A stretch of DNA of 64,000 nucleotides. Origin: Nitrospira sp. GTDB lineage: Bacteria; Nitrospirota; Nitrospiria; Nitrospirales; Nitrospiraceae. Below the pieces are notes generated by a model that worked only from the letters and a program-made list of their open reading frames with translations, had not been told where the DNA came from and searched no databases. The DNA lies in the NCBI GenBank assembly GCA_047150005.1, contig AP038806.1, positions 2,240,001 through 2,304,000 on the forward strand. The letters are read 5' to 3'. A program made the translations under genes and the position numbers. This document shows positions 29,304 through 38,900 of the stretch, one piece after another; within the stretch, counting starts at the first letter, position 1, and every line of letters starts with the position of its first letter.

Positions 29304-30274
29304 GGGCGCGCATTACAGGCACCGGTTCCTACGCGCCGCCGAAGGTGCTGACCAACCTCGATCTCGAAGCCATGGTGGCCACCTCGGATCAATGGATCAC
29401 TGAACGCACCGGCATTCGCGAACGGCGCGTTGCCGTACCGGGTGAAGCCTGTTCGGACCTGGCGGTCAAGGCGGCGGAGCAAGCCCTTCGTGCCGCCGGC
29501 GTTCGTGCCGAGGAACTCGACCTCATTCTGCTGGCCACCTGTACCGGCGACTATCCGCTTCCCGCCACGGCCTGTTTGGTTCAGCACCGGCTGGGGGCTA
29601 CGCGCGCGGCCGCCTGCGATCTCTCCGCCGCCTGTTGCGGATTCGTCTATGCATTGTCCGTTGCGGATGCCTACGTCCGAACCGGTATGCGACATGTCTT
29701 GGTGATCGGGTCGGAGGTCATGTCCGCCATTCTCGACTGGACCGACCGCAACACCTGTATTTTGTTCGGCGACGGAGCAGGCGCTGCGGTCATCAGCGGT
29801 GTTCACGGTGATGCCGGGATTCTCTCAACCCATCTCCATTCCGACGGCGGGTTGCACGAGTTGATCGCCGTGCCGGGGGGCGGATCCCGACTGCCGCTGT
29901 CCGAGAAGGTCGTCGCGGAGAAAATGAACTGTGTCAAGATGAAGGGCAACGAGACGTTCAAGGTCGCGGTACGCATGCTGGAAGAGATTGCCCGCGAGAC
30001 ATTGGCGGCGAACAAGCTCACGATCGATGCCGTCGATTTGTACGTTCCCCACCAAGCCAATGTCCGCATCTTGAACGCCGTGGCGGAACGTCTGGGACTT
30101 CCCCTCGAGAAGGTCATGTTGAACCTGGACCGCTACGGCAATACGTCCGCGGCGTCGATCCCCATTGCGCTCGACGAAGCGGTTCGGCAAGGCCGTATCA
30201 AGGACGGGTCGCTGGTGATGTTGGGCGCCTTCGGTGCGGGGCTGACCTGGGCGTCAGCCCTCATACGGTGGTAA
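29300..30274 (+). CDS. fabH: 3-oxoacyl-ACP synthase III
   Basis: AACCGF, LFGDGAGA, PHQAN, YGNTSAAS, FGAGLTW. Confidence 0.97.
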   Translation: MRARITGTGSYAPPKVLTNLDLEAMVATSDQWITERTGIRERRVAVPGEACSDLAVKAAEQALRAAGVRAEELDLILLATCTGDYPLPATACLVQHRLGATRAAACDLSAACCGFVYALSVADAYVRTGMRHVLVIGSEVMSAILDWTDRNTCILFGDGAGAAVISGVHGDAGILSTHLHSDGGLHELIAVPGGGSRLPLSEKVVAEKMNCVKMKGNETFKVAVRMLEEIARETLAANKLTIDAVDLYVPHQANVRILNAVAERLGLPLEKVMLNLDRYGNTSAASIPIALDEAVRQGRIKDGSLVMLGAFGAGLTWASALIRW

Positions 30275-30377
30275 TTCCCTGTTCAGGCCCGGAGCGGTTC
30301 CGAGAGGTGAGGACCGCGCACTCGGGGAACTTTTCCCGTTGACATTCCAAGGGATTTCTTAGATATCTAGTTTTCAT

Positions 30378-31313
30378 ATGACTGCAGGAATCGGATTGAT
30401 TTTCCCGGGCCAAGGGTCCCAGTCCGTCGGGATGGGAAAGGCGCTGTACGAAGCCTATCCCACGCTCAAACAGGTGTACGAAGAGGCTTCGTCGGTGTTG
30501 GGGTACGACGTCGCGGCGTTGTGTTTCGACGGACCGGCCGAACGGCTCAATCTAACCGAGCATACTCAGCCGGCGCTGCTGGTCAGCAGCATCGCCGCGC
30601 TTCAAGCCCTGGAACCGGCAGCCATCAAACCGGTCGCCGTGGCCGGTCACAGCTTGGGGGAATATTCTGCGCTCGTGGCGGCGGGGGGGCTTTCGTTTCG
30701 TGACGCGGTGGGTACTGTTCAGAAACGAGGCCAGTACATGTCGGAAGCGGTGGCGCCCGGCACCGGCTCGGTTGCCGCTCTGTTGGGGTTGAGCGCCGAT
30801 GCCGTGAAGGATGTCTGCCGCGAAGCCGCTTCGGTCGGTGTGGTCCAAGCCGCCAACTTTAATTCCCCCGGTCAAGTCGTGATCGCCGGTGCAAGAGCGG
30901 CGGTGGAGCGCGCCATCGAAATCGCCAAGGCGAAGGGGTGCAAAAAGGCCATTCCCTTGCCCGTCAGCGTGCCGGTCCACACGCCTTTGATGCAACCGGC
31001 CGCCGATCGGCTGGCCAGGGATCTTGCCGCGGTATCCTGGTCGGATCTGCGGGTTCCCCTGATCACGAATGCGGAAGTCAAGGCGCTGAAACGCGCGGCG
31101 GAGATCGCTCCGTCGCTCGTCCGGCAACTCCCGTCGTCGGTGCTGTGGGAAGATTCGGTCAGGGCGATGGCCGCAATGGGCGTCACGACGTTCGTGGAAG
31201 TCGGTCCCGGGACCGTGCTCACCGGATTGGTCAAGCGCATCGTGCCGGATGTGGTGACGATGAACGTCAATGATCCCAAGTCGTTGGAAGCTGCGGTTAC
31301 GGCGCTGCGATGA
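30378..31313 (+). CDS. fabD: Malonyl CoA-ACP transacylase
   Basis: FPGQGSQ, TQPAL, GHSLGEY. Confidence 0.97.
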   Translation: MTAGIGLIFPGQGSQSVGMGKALYEAYPTLKQVYEEASSVLGYDVAALCFDGPAERLNLTEHTQPALLVSSIAALQALEPAAIKPVAVAGHSLGEYSALVAAGGLSFRDAVGTVQKRGQYMSEAVAPGTGSVAALLGLSADAVKDVCREAASVGVVQAANFNSPGQVVIAGARAAVERAIEIAKAKGCKKAIPLPVSVPVHTPLMQPAADRLARDLAAVSWSDLRVPLITNAEVKALKRAAEIAPSLVRQLPSSVLWEDSVRAMAAMGVTTFVEVGPGTVLTGLVKRIVPDVVTMNVNDPKSLEAAVTALR

Positions 31314-31370
31314 CGGAGGATCGACAGGGGGGATGGGTTCCCCCGTGTCCGTCGAAACGAAAGGAGCGGC

Positions 31371-32117
31371 ATGGCATCGTTGGAAGGTCGAGTGGCGGTC
31401 GTTACCGGCGGAGCCCAGGGAATCGGGCGAGCCATTGCGGAATCGTTGGCGACGGCGGGCGCGGATATCGTGGTGGCGGATCTCGATCCGGCCCGGTCAA
31501 AAGCGACGATCGCAGCGATCGAGCAGGCGGGCCGCAAGGCGCTCAATGTGAAAGTGAACGTTGCGGATGCCAACGACACGAAGGCCATGGCCGATCACGT
31601 GCTCAAAGAGTGGGGAAAGATCGACATCCTGGTCAACAACGCCGGAATCACGCGCGACGGATTGTTGCTGCGCATGAAGGAAGAAGACTGGAATCTGGTT
31701 CTCCAGGTGAATTTGACCGGAACGTTCAACTGCACAAAGGCGGTCTTGCAGCCGATGACCAAACAGCGTTATGGTCGCATCGTCAACATCGCCTCCATCG
31801 TCGGTGCCATGGGGAATGTCGGCCAGGCCAATTATGCCGCGTCGAAAGCGGCGGTGATTGGATTCAGCAAGACGGTCGCTCGTGAGTATGCCAGCCGCAA
31901 CATCACCGTCAATGCGGTGGCGCCCGGGTTCATCGACACGGCGATGACCCAAGGATTGTCGGCGGAGGTCAAGGACACTCTGCAGAAACAGATTCCTCTC
32001 GGACGATTGGGGACGCCGCAGGACATTGCCGCAGCCGTCCGGTTTCTGGTATCGGAGGAGGCGGCGTATATTACCGGGCATGTACTGCACGTGAACGGGG
32101 GGATGTTGATGTCGTAA
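31371..32117 (+). CDS. fabG: 3-oxoacyl-ACP reductase
   Basis: TGGAQGIG, NNAGITRD, YAASK. Confidence 0.97.
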   Translation: MASLEGRVAVVTGGAQGIGRAIAESLATAGADIVVADLDPARSKATIAAIEQAGRKALNVKVNVADANDTKAMADHVLKEWGKIDILVNNAGITRDGLLLRMKEEDWNLVLQVNLTGTFNCTKAVLQPMTKQRYGRIVNIASIVGAMGNVGQANYAASKAAVIGFSKTVAREYASRNITVNAVAPGFIDTAMTQGLSAEVKDTLQKQIPLGRLGTPQDIAAAVRFLVSEEAAYITGHVLHVNGGMLMS

Positions 32118-32248
32118 TCCGTGCCGGGACGAGACCAGGCCGTCGCCCAGGCGTCGAATCATCGTGCATGACAGGGCATTGCCCCGGCGGTTTCGGCCGG
32201 CGACGGAAGTGAGTTCACAGTATAGTATAGAAGGAGGGTGGGACATCC

Positions 32249-32482
32249 ATGGCAACGGTAGATGAACGGGTCAAGAAAATTATCGCCGAACAACTGGGAG
32301 TCGAAGAGGACGAAGTGACGAGTGAGGCAAGCTTCGTGGAGGATCTTGGGGCCGATTCTCTCGACACGGTCGAGTTGGTGATGGCGCTGGAGGAAGAATT
32401 CGGAATCGAGATCCCCGATGAAGACGCGGAGAAGATTCTGACCGTCGGGAAGGCGTTGGACTATATCAAGGAAAAGGCCTAG
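32249..32482 (+). CDS. acpP: Acyl carrier protein
   Basis: [20 protein letters not shown]. Confidence 0.99.
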   Translation: MATVDERVKKIIAEQLGVEEDEVTSEASFVEDLGADSLDTVELVMALEEEFGIEIPDEDAEKILTVGKALDYIKEKA

Positions 32483-32496
32483 GCGACAGGACAGGC

Positions 32497-33747
32497 ATGG
32501 TCGATCGATCAATCAGGCGCATCGTCGTCACCGGGTTGGGATTGGTGACGCCGCTGGGTACCGGGGTGGAAAAGGTCTGGAAGGCGTTGTGTGCCGGCCA
32601 ATCCGGAATCGGCCGCATCACGAAGTTCGACCCCACCGGGTACGATGCTCAGATCGCAGGCGAAGTCAAAGACTTTGATCCCGCCCAGTTCATCGAAAAG
32701 AAAGAGATCAAGAAGATGGACGCGTTCATCCACTACGCGGTCGGCGCCGCGCAGTTGGCGGTGGATGATGCGGGGCTGAAAGTCGCGCCGGAGGAAGCGA
32801 CCAAGGTCGGCGTGTACATCGGATCCGGCATCGGTGGCCTCGGTTCGATCGAGCATTACCATACCGTGCTCAAAGACAAGGGGCCCGGTCGTGTCTCCCC
32901 CTTTTTCATTCCCATGACGATCATCAATCTGGCGTCGGGACAGGTGGCGATTCGACTTGGGGCGAAGGGGCCGAACTCCTGCGCGGTGACCGCTTGTGCG
33001 ACGGGCAATCACTGCATCGGTGACGCGTTCCGATTGATTCAGCGGGACGATGCCGATGTGATGATCGCAGGAGGTGCCGAGGCCGCGATTACGACGCTCG
33101 GCGTGGCCGGATTTGCCGCATCCAAGGCGCTGTCGTTCCGCAATGCCGAACCCACGAAGGCCAGCCGTCCGTTCGACAAAGACCGTGACGGGTTCGTGCT
33201 GGGAGAAGGGGCCGGTGTGTTGGTCCTGGAAGAGCTCGAGCACGCACGGCGTCGCGGCGCACGAGTATACGCCGAGCTTATCGGATACGGCATGAACAGC
33301 GACGCCTATCACATCACCGCGCCGTCCGAAGGAGGGGAGGGTGCCGTCAGGTGCATGGAACTGGCTCTCAAGGACGCCGGAATTCACAAAGACCAAGTCG
33401 GCTACATCAACGCCCACGGCACGTCGACCATGGCGGACGCCATCGAAACCAAGGCGATCAAGCAGGTCTTCGGGGAGCGGGCTTTTCAGATTCCCGTGAG
33501 CTCGACGAAATCCATGACGGGGCATCTGCTCGGCGCAGCCGGCGGCATCGAGGCCGTCTTCAGCGTGCTGGCGCTGCATCACGGGATGCTGCCTCCCACC
33601 ATCAATCTGGACAACCCCGATCCCGAGTGCGATCTCGACTACATTCCCCACAAGGCCAGGCCCGCGTCGGTGACCGTCGCCCTGTCGAATTCCTTCGGAT
33701 TCGGAGGCGTCAACGCGTGTCTGTTGTTTAGGAAACCCGACGCGTAG
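32497..33747 (+). CDS. fabF: 3-oxoacyl-ACP synthase II
   Basis: [29 protein letters not shown]. Confidence 0.97.
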   Translation: MVDRSIRRIVVTGLGLVTPLGTGVEKVWKALCAGQSGIGRITKFDPTGYDAQIAGEVKDFDPAQFIEKKEIKKMDAFIHYAVGAAQLAVDDAGLKVAPEEATKVGVYIGSGIGGLGSIEHYHTVLKDKGPGRVSPFFIPMTIINLASGQVAIRLGAKGPNSCAVTACATGNHCIGDAFRLIQRDDADVMIAGGAEAAITTLGVAGFAASKALSFRNAEPTKASRPFDKDRDGFVLGEGAGVLVLEELEHARRRGARVYAELIGYGMNSDAYHITAPSEGGEGAVRCMELALKDAGIHKDQVGYINAHGTSTMADAIETKAIKQVFGERAFQIPVSSTKSMTGHLLGAAGGIEAVFSVLALHHGMLPPTINLDNPDPECDLDYIPHKARPASVTVALSNSFGFGGVNACLLFRKPDA

Positions 33748-33778
33748 CCGCTCATTCGCAGGGGATGCGCGGGCTCTC

Positions 33779-34486
33779 ATGACGCCCTCCAGCTCGATCG
33801 ACGCTTTGCAGGACTCCTTGGCGTATCAATTTGCGGACACGACGCTCCTGGAGGAGGCGTTGACACACTCCTCGTACATCCATGAGCGGAGGCCGATCGA
33901 CGCAGCCCATAATGAACGACTTGAATTTTTAGGCGATGCCGTGTTGTCGCTGGTGATCAGCGAACATCTGGCCTCTCAGTTGTCTCATTGCTCGGAAGGG
34001 GCTTTGTCGAAACTCAAGGCCAAGCTCGTGAGCGAATCCTCGTTGGTCCGGGTCGCCAGGCGCATCAAGTTGGGTGAGCATCTCAGACTCGGTCGAGGGG
34101 AAGAGCGATCCAAAGGGCGTGAAAAGGACTCACTGCTGTCCGATGCGGTGGAAGCGGTCATCGCCGCCGTTCATCTTGACGGAGGCTACGGCGCCAGTCG
34201 TGCGGTGACGCTGCGTCTGTTTGAGGCCGAACTCCGTTCAGCGACCGATCAGGGGACATATCCGGGGGCCGAGGACTTTAAGACCCAGTTCCAGGAGTGG
34301 TGTCAGAAACGACACGAGCTGCTTCCTCGCTACGACATCGTTCGAGAAACAGGACCGGATCACGACAAGGTATTCGAGGTCGTCGTCACGGTGAAGGATG
34401 AGCCGGTCGGTCGGGGAACGGGTCGGAGCAAGAAAGAGGCGGAACAGTCCGCCGCGCGGCAGGCATTGCAGCGGGTCGAGCGGTAG
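33779..34486 (+). CDS. rnc: Ribonuclease III
   Basis: NERLEFLGDAVL signature plus dsRBD. Confidence 0.97.
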   Translation: MTPSSSIDALQDSLAYQFADTTLLEEALTHSSYIHERRPIDAAHNERLEFLGDAVLSLVISEHLASQLSHCSEGALSKLKAKLVSESSLVRVARRIKLGEHLRLGRGEERSKGREKDSLLSDAVEAVIAAVHLDGGYGASRAVTLRLFEAELRSATDQGTYPGAEDFKTQFQEWCQKRHELLPRYDIVRETGPDHDKVFEVVVTVKDEPVGRGTGRSKKEAEQSAARQALQRVER

Positions 34487-34588
34487 GCCGCGCGGGCCAT
34501 GGTATGATGATGAGCGGGTCGATGTCTTTCGCGCTGAGGGCCGACCGATGGATGAACAGGGAGGGATCGTGACCAGAGTGAGGAGGGA

Positions 34589-35197
34589 ATGATGCAGACG
34601 TGGAAGATGATGTGGAAGCGGATGATAGTCTGTTCGTGTCTCGGCGGAACCCTCATCGTGGGGGCGTGGAATGCCGAGGCCGCCGATAAGATGTCCGGCA
34701 AGGCCGACTCCGGAGCGTCGCCAAGGGCGATCATCAAGACCAAGTTCGGTGAAATGGAGATCGCGTTTTTCCCGGACAAGGCTCCCAAGCATGTCGAGAA
34801 TTTCCTCAAGCTGGCGAAATCCGGCTTCTATAACGGGACGATCTTTCACCGCGTGATTCCCGGTTTCATGATTCAGGGCGGCGATCCCAACACCAAAGAC
34901 GTGAACAAACCCGAGGCGTACGGCATGGGCGGGCCGAGCGAGCGACTGAAGGCCGAGTTCAACGACATCCCTCATCGCCGGGGCATCGTGTCGATGGCGC
35001 GCACGAACGATCCCAATAGCGCCGGCTCGCAGTTCTTCATTGTCGTCAAGGACTCGAATTTTCTGGACCATCAGTACACGGTGTTCGGCGAAGTCGTGAA
35101 GGGCCTGGACGTGGCTGATCAGATCGTCAACCTGCCGAGAAATCCCCGCGACCTTCCGACCGAGCGGGTGGAAATGACGATTACCGTGGTGAACTAG
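34589..35197 (+). CDS. Cyclophilin-type peptidyl-prolyl isomerase (signal peptide)
   Basis: FYNGTIFHRVIPGFMIQGGDP, SMAR, AGSQFFI; N-terminal ..AEA signal. Confidence 0.93.
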   Translation: MMQTWKMMWKRMIVCSCLGGTLIVGAWNAEAADKMSGKADSGASPRAIIKTKFGEMEIAFFPDKAPKHVENFLKLAKSGFYNGTIFHRVIPGFMIQGGDPNTKDVNKPEAYGMGGPSERLKAEFNDIPHRRGIVSMARTNDPNSAGSQFFIVVKDSNFLDHQYTVFGEVVKGLDVADQIVNLPRNPRDLPTERVEMTITVVN

Positions 35198-35211
35198 CGG
35201 AGACCGGACAC

Positions 35212-35820
35212 ATGCGGGTTCGCCGGGTCCTGTCGAAGATGATCGCGATCGTCGCGGTCGGGCTTGTCGTCGGCTGCGGCGGAAAAACGGAGGTCAAGCC
35301 GCCGCTTCCCCCTCCGGACCATGGGCCCAAGGCGATCATCAAGACCAAGTTCGGCGAGATGCACATGAAATTCTATCCGGACCTTGCTCCCAACCATGTC
35401 GAGAATTTCCTCAAGCTGGCCAGGTCCGGCTTCTACAACGGGACGATTTTTCATCGCGTGATTCCCGGTTTCATGATTCAGGGAGGCGATCCGAACACCA
35501 AGAGCTCGCTTCGCAAGGAAACCTACGGCCAGGGAGGTCCCAAGGACGAAAAGGGGAATCCGATTGTCTTGAAAGCCGAATTTACCGACACACCTCACAA
35601 GCGCGGCATCGTGTCGATGGCCCGAGCCAACGAACCGGATACCGCCGGGTCGCAGTTTTTCATCGTGGTGGAGCTTTCGCCCTTCCTTGACCGCAAGTAC
35701 ACGGTCTTTGGCGAAATTACTCGGGGGTTGGGTGTGGCGGACAAGATTGCCGGATTGCCGCGGAACGACCGCGATCTGCCGAACGAACGGGTTGAGATGA
35801 CGGTGACCATCGTCGAATGA
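35212..35820 (+). CDS. Cyclophilin-type peptidyl-prolyl isomerase (lipoprotein)
   Basis: Same core motifs as the upstream copy; VVGC lipobox plus Pro-rich linker. Confidence 0.93.
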   Translation: MRVRRVLSKMIAIVAVGLVVGCGGKTEVKPPLPPPDHGPKAIIKTKFGEMHMKFYPDLAPNHVENFLKLARSGFYNGTIFHRVIPGFMIQGGDPNTKSSLRKETYGQGGPKDEKGNPIVLKAEFTDTPHKRGIVSMARANEPDTAGSQFFIVVELSPFLDRKYTVFGEITRGLGVADKIAGLPRNDRDLPNERVEMTVTIVE

Positions 35821-35968
35821 GCTGCCATGGGGCAGTCGACAACGATTCCCCTCCGCGTAGAATACCGAGATCCCCGCGCTCGAACGAATCCTCGTCGTTT
35901 GACTGAACCGTTCTTTGAGGCCGCCCGAGGGGCTCCCCCGGCTCGGCCGAAGCCGAGTGGGGCTGGTT

Positions 35969-36667
35969 CTAATGGTGGTGGTGTTCGCAGCCCGGTCCGT
36001 GGACGTGGGGTTCCGGGGAAGGTGGTGCAAAGGGTTGGTTCGGGAGCACGATTCGACCGGCTTCGTGCTGCTTGGTGAGATGCGCCGCGATGTCTGGATG
36101 ATAGGCGCGCACGTACCCAACGAGACCGGCCAGAAATCGCTGAGACTGAAATCCTGTGCCGGAAAAGTCCGAAACGAACCGGATCGCGCGATCCAAAACC
36201 TCGGGGGCGAAGGTTGCATCGGCGATCTGCTGAGGGTTCTGCTTTTTGAATGAGTCGTATTCGTTCTTCAGGTACTCGGCGAAGACGGGCATTGGGGCGG
36301 ACGGCACGTGAAGCGGGCTCAGCGTCCGTCGCAGGGCCTGGATCGCGGCGATAATTTCCGCATCCTGTCCGTCGCGGCGTCCTTGGAAATAACTAAAGGT
36401 GACCACTTCGACGAGGTTGTACAGGGCGACGGCCTTCTCACCCCCGAGATCCGCCAGTTGCCGGTAGAAGTCCCGCCGCAGGGGCATGAATTGCTCACCC
36501 AGCCGTTTCTGCTGGTAGTCGCTGCCCGACTCCAAATAGACGCAATCCTCAGGGCAGGCGATCCGGACGATCCGGTGCTCTCCGCAGCAGAGAGGACAGA
36601 TGAGACCGCCCAATGCCGGGCATGATCGTTTGCCCTTGCGTTGCTTGCAGTAGAGGCACTGATTCAT
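35969..36667 (-). CDS. Hypothetical protein with N-terminal Cys-rich domain and His-rich tail
   Basis: CxxC..C..CxxCC..C..C N-terminus; HVHGPGCEHHHH C-terminus; overlaps the stop of the upstream gene. Confidence 0.75.
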   Translation of the reverse strand: MNQCLYCKQRKGKRSCPALGGLICPLCCGEHRIVRIACPEDCVYLESGSDYQQKRLGEQFMPLRRDFYRQLADLGGEKAVALYNLVEVVTFSYFQGRRDGQDAEIIAAIQALRRTLSPLHVPSAPMPVFAEYLKNEYDSFKKQNPQQIADATFAPEVLDRAIRFVSDFSGTGFQSQRFLAGLVGYVRAYHPDIAAHLTKQHEAGRIVLPNQPFAPPSPEPHVHGPGCEHHHH

Positions 36668-37683
36668 TTACCTGAGCCTCCCGCTCCCGGTTTGGGCGGC
36701 GGCGGGACAAAGCCGTAGTCGGCGAGTGTGCGTTTTTCCTGCTTGGACTTCCCTTCCGACGGCGTTTCCAGTCCGTTCATCTCGGCTGCGTGGGCCGACT
36801 CGTAGGGTACTAAAATCAGATTGTTAGTGCGGTCGATACCAAGATCCCCTGGCGAAGGGAGATATTCGGCGATGACTTGAAATCGTTTGTCCCAGGTCAT
36901 GCGCCAGACTTTTCCCGTCGTGAAATCCGAGACGTACATGTTCGCCCACCGGTCGAAATCAACACCGCGCAAATTTGTGAATCGGCCCGAGAAAAACCCG
37001 TTGGACACCAACTCGGTTAGGTGTCCGTTCGGACTGATCTCAAAGATTTTCCCTTTGTCCCAGCTCACCACGATCAACTGTCCCGACTTGGGGTGAAGAG
37101 CCAGCCCAGTGGGACCTGCGAGCTGAGGATCGGCGAGCAAGAGCGAGACTTTTCCGGAGCCGAGGTCGACACGATAGATACGGTTGGCCCGCTGGTCTGA
37201 GCAATACAGCAAACCTTTGCCGTCAAACGCCACATCGGTGAGGGAGACGGCGGAAGCGCCGCCTGAAGCACCGGCCGAGATCGTCACGGCCGCCGTCGGT
37301 TTGCCCGTGGCGGCGTCGAACCCTCGGACGGTATCGAGATCGGCCACATACAAGGTGTCGCCGACGAGCGCCATGCCTTTGGGGGCGTGAAGTGTGGCGC
37401 CGTTCTTGCCGCCCTGGATGAATTTCAGGTTGGCCAGCTTGCCACCGGCACCGAGTTTCGTAATGAATCCGTTGCCATCGGCCTGTTCCGGATCTCCGTT
37501 GACGCTGGAGATGAAATATTGATTCCCCGCAGGTCCGCTGACGAAACTATATGGTGACTGGAGATCGACGACGGTTACCTGCGCGCCGGCTGGGTGGGGG
37601 ACAACGGTCCAGACCAGCCAGACAGAAAGCAGGGCGCCGAGGCGGCGACAGGCGAAATGAAGAAATGGGGAGATCGTGGTCAC
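36664..37683 (-). CDS. Secreted beta-propeller, SMP-30/gluconolactonase-like
   Basis: Signal peptide; DGNGFITKL, LHAPKGMAL..LYVAD repeats; start set to GTG 37683 because the promoter overlaps ATG 37719. Confidence 0.75.
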   Translation of the reverse strand: MTTISPFLHFACRRLGALLSVWLVWTVVPHPAGAQVTVVDLQSPYSFVSGPAGNQYFISSVNGDPEQADGNGFITKLGAGGKLANLKFIQGGKNGATLHAPKGMALVGDTLYVADLDTVRGFDAATGKPTAAVTISAGASGGASAVSLTDVAFDGKGLLYCSDQRANRIYRVDLGSGKVSLLLADPQLAGPTGLALHPKSGQLIVVSWDKGKIFEISPNGHLTELVSNGFFSGRFTNLRGVDFDRWANMYVSDFTTGKVWRMTWDKRFQVIAEYLPSPGDLGIDRTNNLILVPYESAHAAEMNGLETPSEGKSKQEKRTLADYGFVPPPPKPGAGGSGK

Positions 37684-37717
37684 GAATCGATCGGCATGAT
37701 GAATGTGATGATGAATC

Positions 37718-37820
37718 ATCGTAGCCGTGCCCTGCAGAATCTGTCAAGAAACGGCGGTGGAGGCCGTCTGAAGCCCACCGGCGCCGCACGTTGACTTGCA
37801 CAAAAATGCCCTGTTAAGGT
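37718..37820. promoter_or_regulatory. Divergent sigma70-type promoters (propeller gene / folD)
   Basis: Minus strand TTGACA-N18-TACGAT (37747-37718); plus strand TTGACT-N18-TAAGGT with TG (37791-37820). Confidence 0.6.
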
Positions 37821-37871
37821 GCGCACGTTTGATCGAACAACTCGTCGGCTGATCGGAACGAGGAGGAAGCC

Positions 37872-38732
37872 GTGGCAGCGAAACTCATTGATGGGAAAGC
37901 ACTGGCGCAGCAGGTTCGGGATGGATTGGCGGCCGAAGCGGCGAAAGTCCTGGCCAAAACGGGATCCAAACCGGGTCTGGCGACCATCCTGGTGGGGGAC
38001 GATCCCGCCTCTCACGTGTACGTCAAGAACAAGCAGAAGGCATGCGAGCTGGCGGGCATCTATGTGGACGACCACAAATTGCCTGCCAGCACCACCCAAG
38101 CCGAACTGCTTGCCCTGATCGATAAAGAGAACGCCGATCCGAAAATCCATGGCATCCTCGTGCAGCTCCCGCTGCCGAAGCACATCGACAGCAAAGTGAT
38201 CTTGGAGGCGGTGTCTCCCGACAAGGATGCCGACGGGTTCCATCCCTACAACTTCGGTCGGCTGGTCGCGGGTCATCCTGTATTTGAAGCCTGCACGCCG
38301 AAGGGTGTGATCAGAATGATCGAGTCCACCGGCGTCACCATCGAAGGCAAACGCGCTGTGGTACTCGGGCGGAGCAACATCGTGGGCAAGCCGCTGGCGC
38401 TCATGTTGTTGCAGCGCAACGCCACCGTCACCATCTGTCATTCGAAGACGAAGGATCTGGCTGCCGTGTGCCGGGAGGCGGAACTATTGCTGGTGGCCAT
38501 CGGAAAGGCGAAGTTCGTCACAGCCGACATGGTCCGCGAGGGAGCCGTCGTCATCGATGTCGGCACGAACAAGACTCCCGACGGCAAGCTGTGCGGCGAT
38601 GTCGATTTCGAGTCGGTGAGTCAGAAGGCTGGCTGGATCAGCCCGGTGCCCGGGGGAGTCGGTCCGATGACGATCGCGATGTTGCTGGACAATACCGTGG
38701 AGTCTGCTAGGAGAATGGCAGGGATGATGTAG
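37872..38732 (+). CDS. folD: Methylenetetrahydrofolate dehydrogenase/cyclohydrolase
   Basis: GILVQLPLP, KDADGFHP, GRSNIVGKP, PVPGGVGPMT. Confidence 0.97.
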   Translation: MAAKLIDGKALAQQVRDGLAAEAAKVLAKTGSKPGLATILVGDDPASHVYVKNKQKACELAGIYVDDHKLPASTTQAELLALIDKENADPKIHGILVQLPLPKHIDSKVILEAVSPDKDADGFHPYNFGRLVAGHPVFEACTPKGVIRMIESTGVTIEGKRAVVLGRSNIVGKPLALMLLQRNATVTICHSKTKDLAAVCREAELLLVAIGKAKFVTADMVREGAVVIDVGTNKTPDGKLCGDVDFESVSQKAGWISPVPGGVGPMTIAMLLDNTVESARRMAGMM

Positions 38733-38900
38733 GTGTGTTCAGGGCACGGGCACCTTCTTGCGCTCGCGCCCCGCGTACGCAAGAGTCCATCACACTCGTA
38801 GGTTATGGATTGTGCTCGGTACATGCGCGCCGCAGAAGCTGCGGGTGCCTTGACTCTCCTGTATTGAGGGAACGAAGAAGATCTTGACGAGGAAAGCTGA

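Noticed and set aside
37684..37719. His-rich N-terminus MIHHHIHH of the 351-aa ORF
   Set aside because: The predicted -10 (TACGAT) overlaps that ATG, so the real start is probably the downstream GTG and the His run is likely untranslated.
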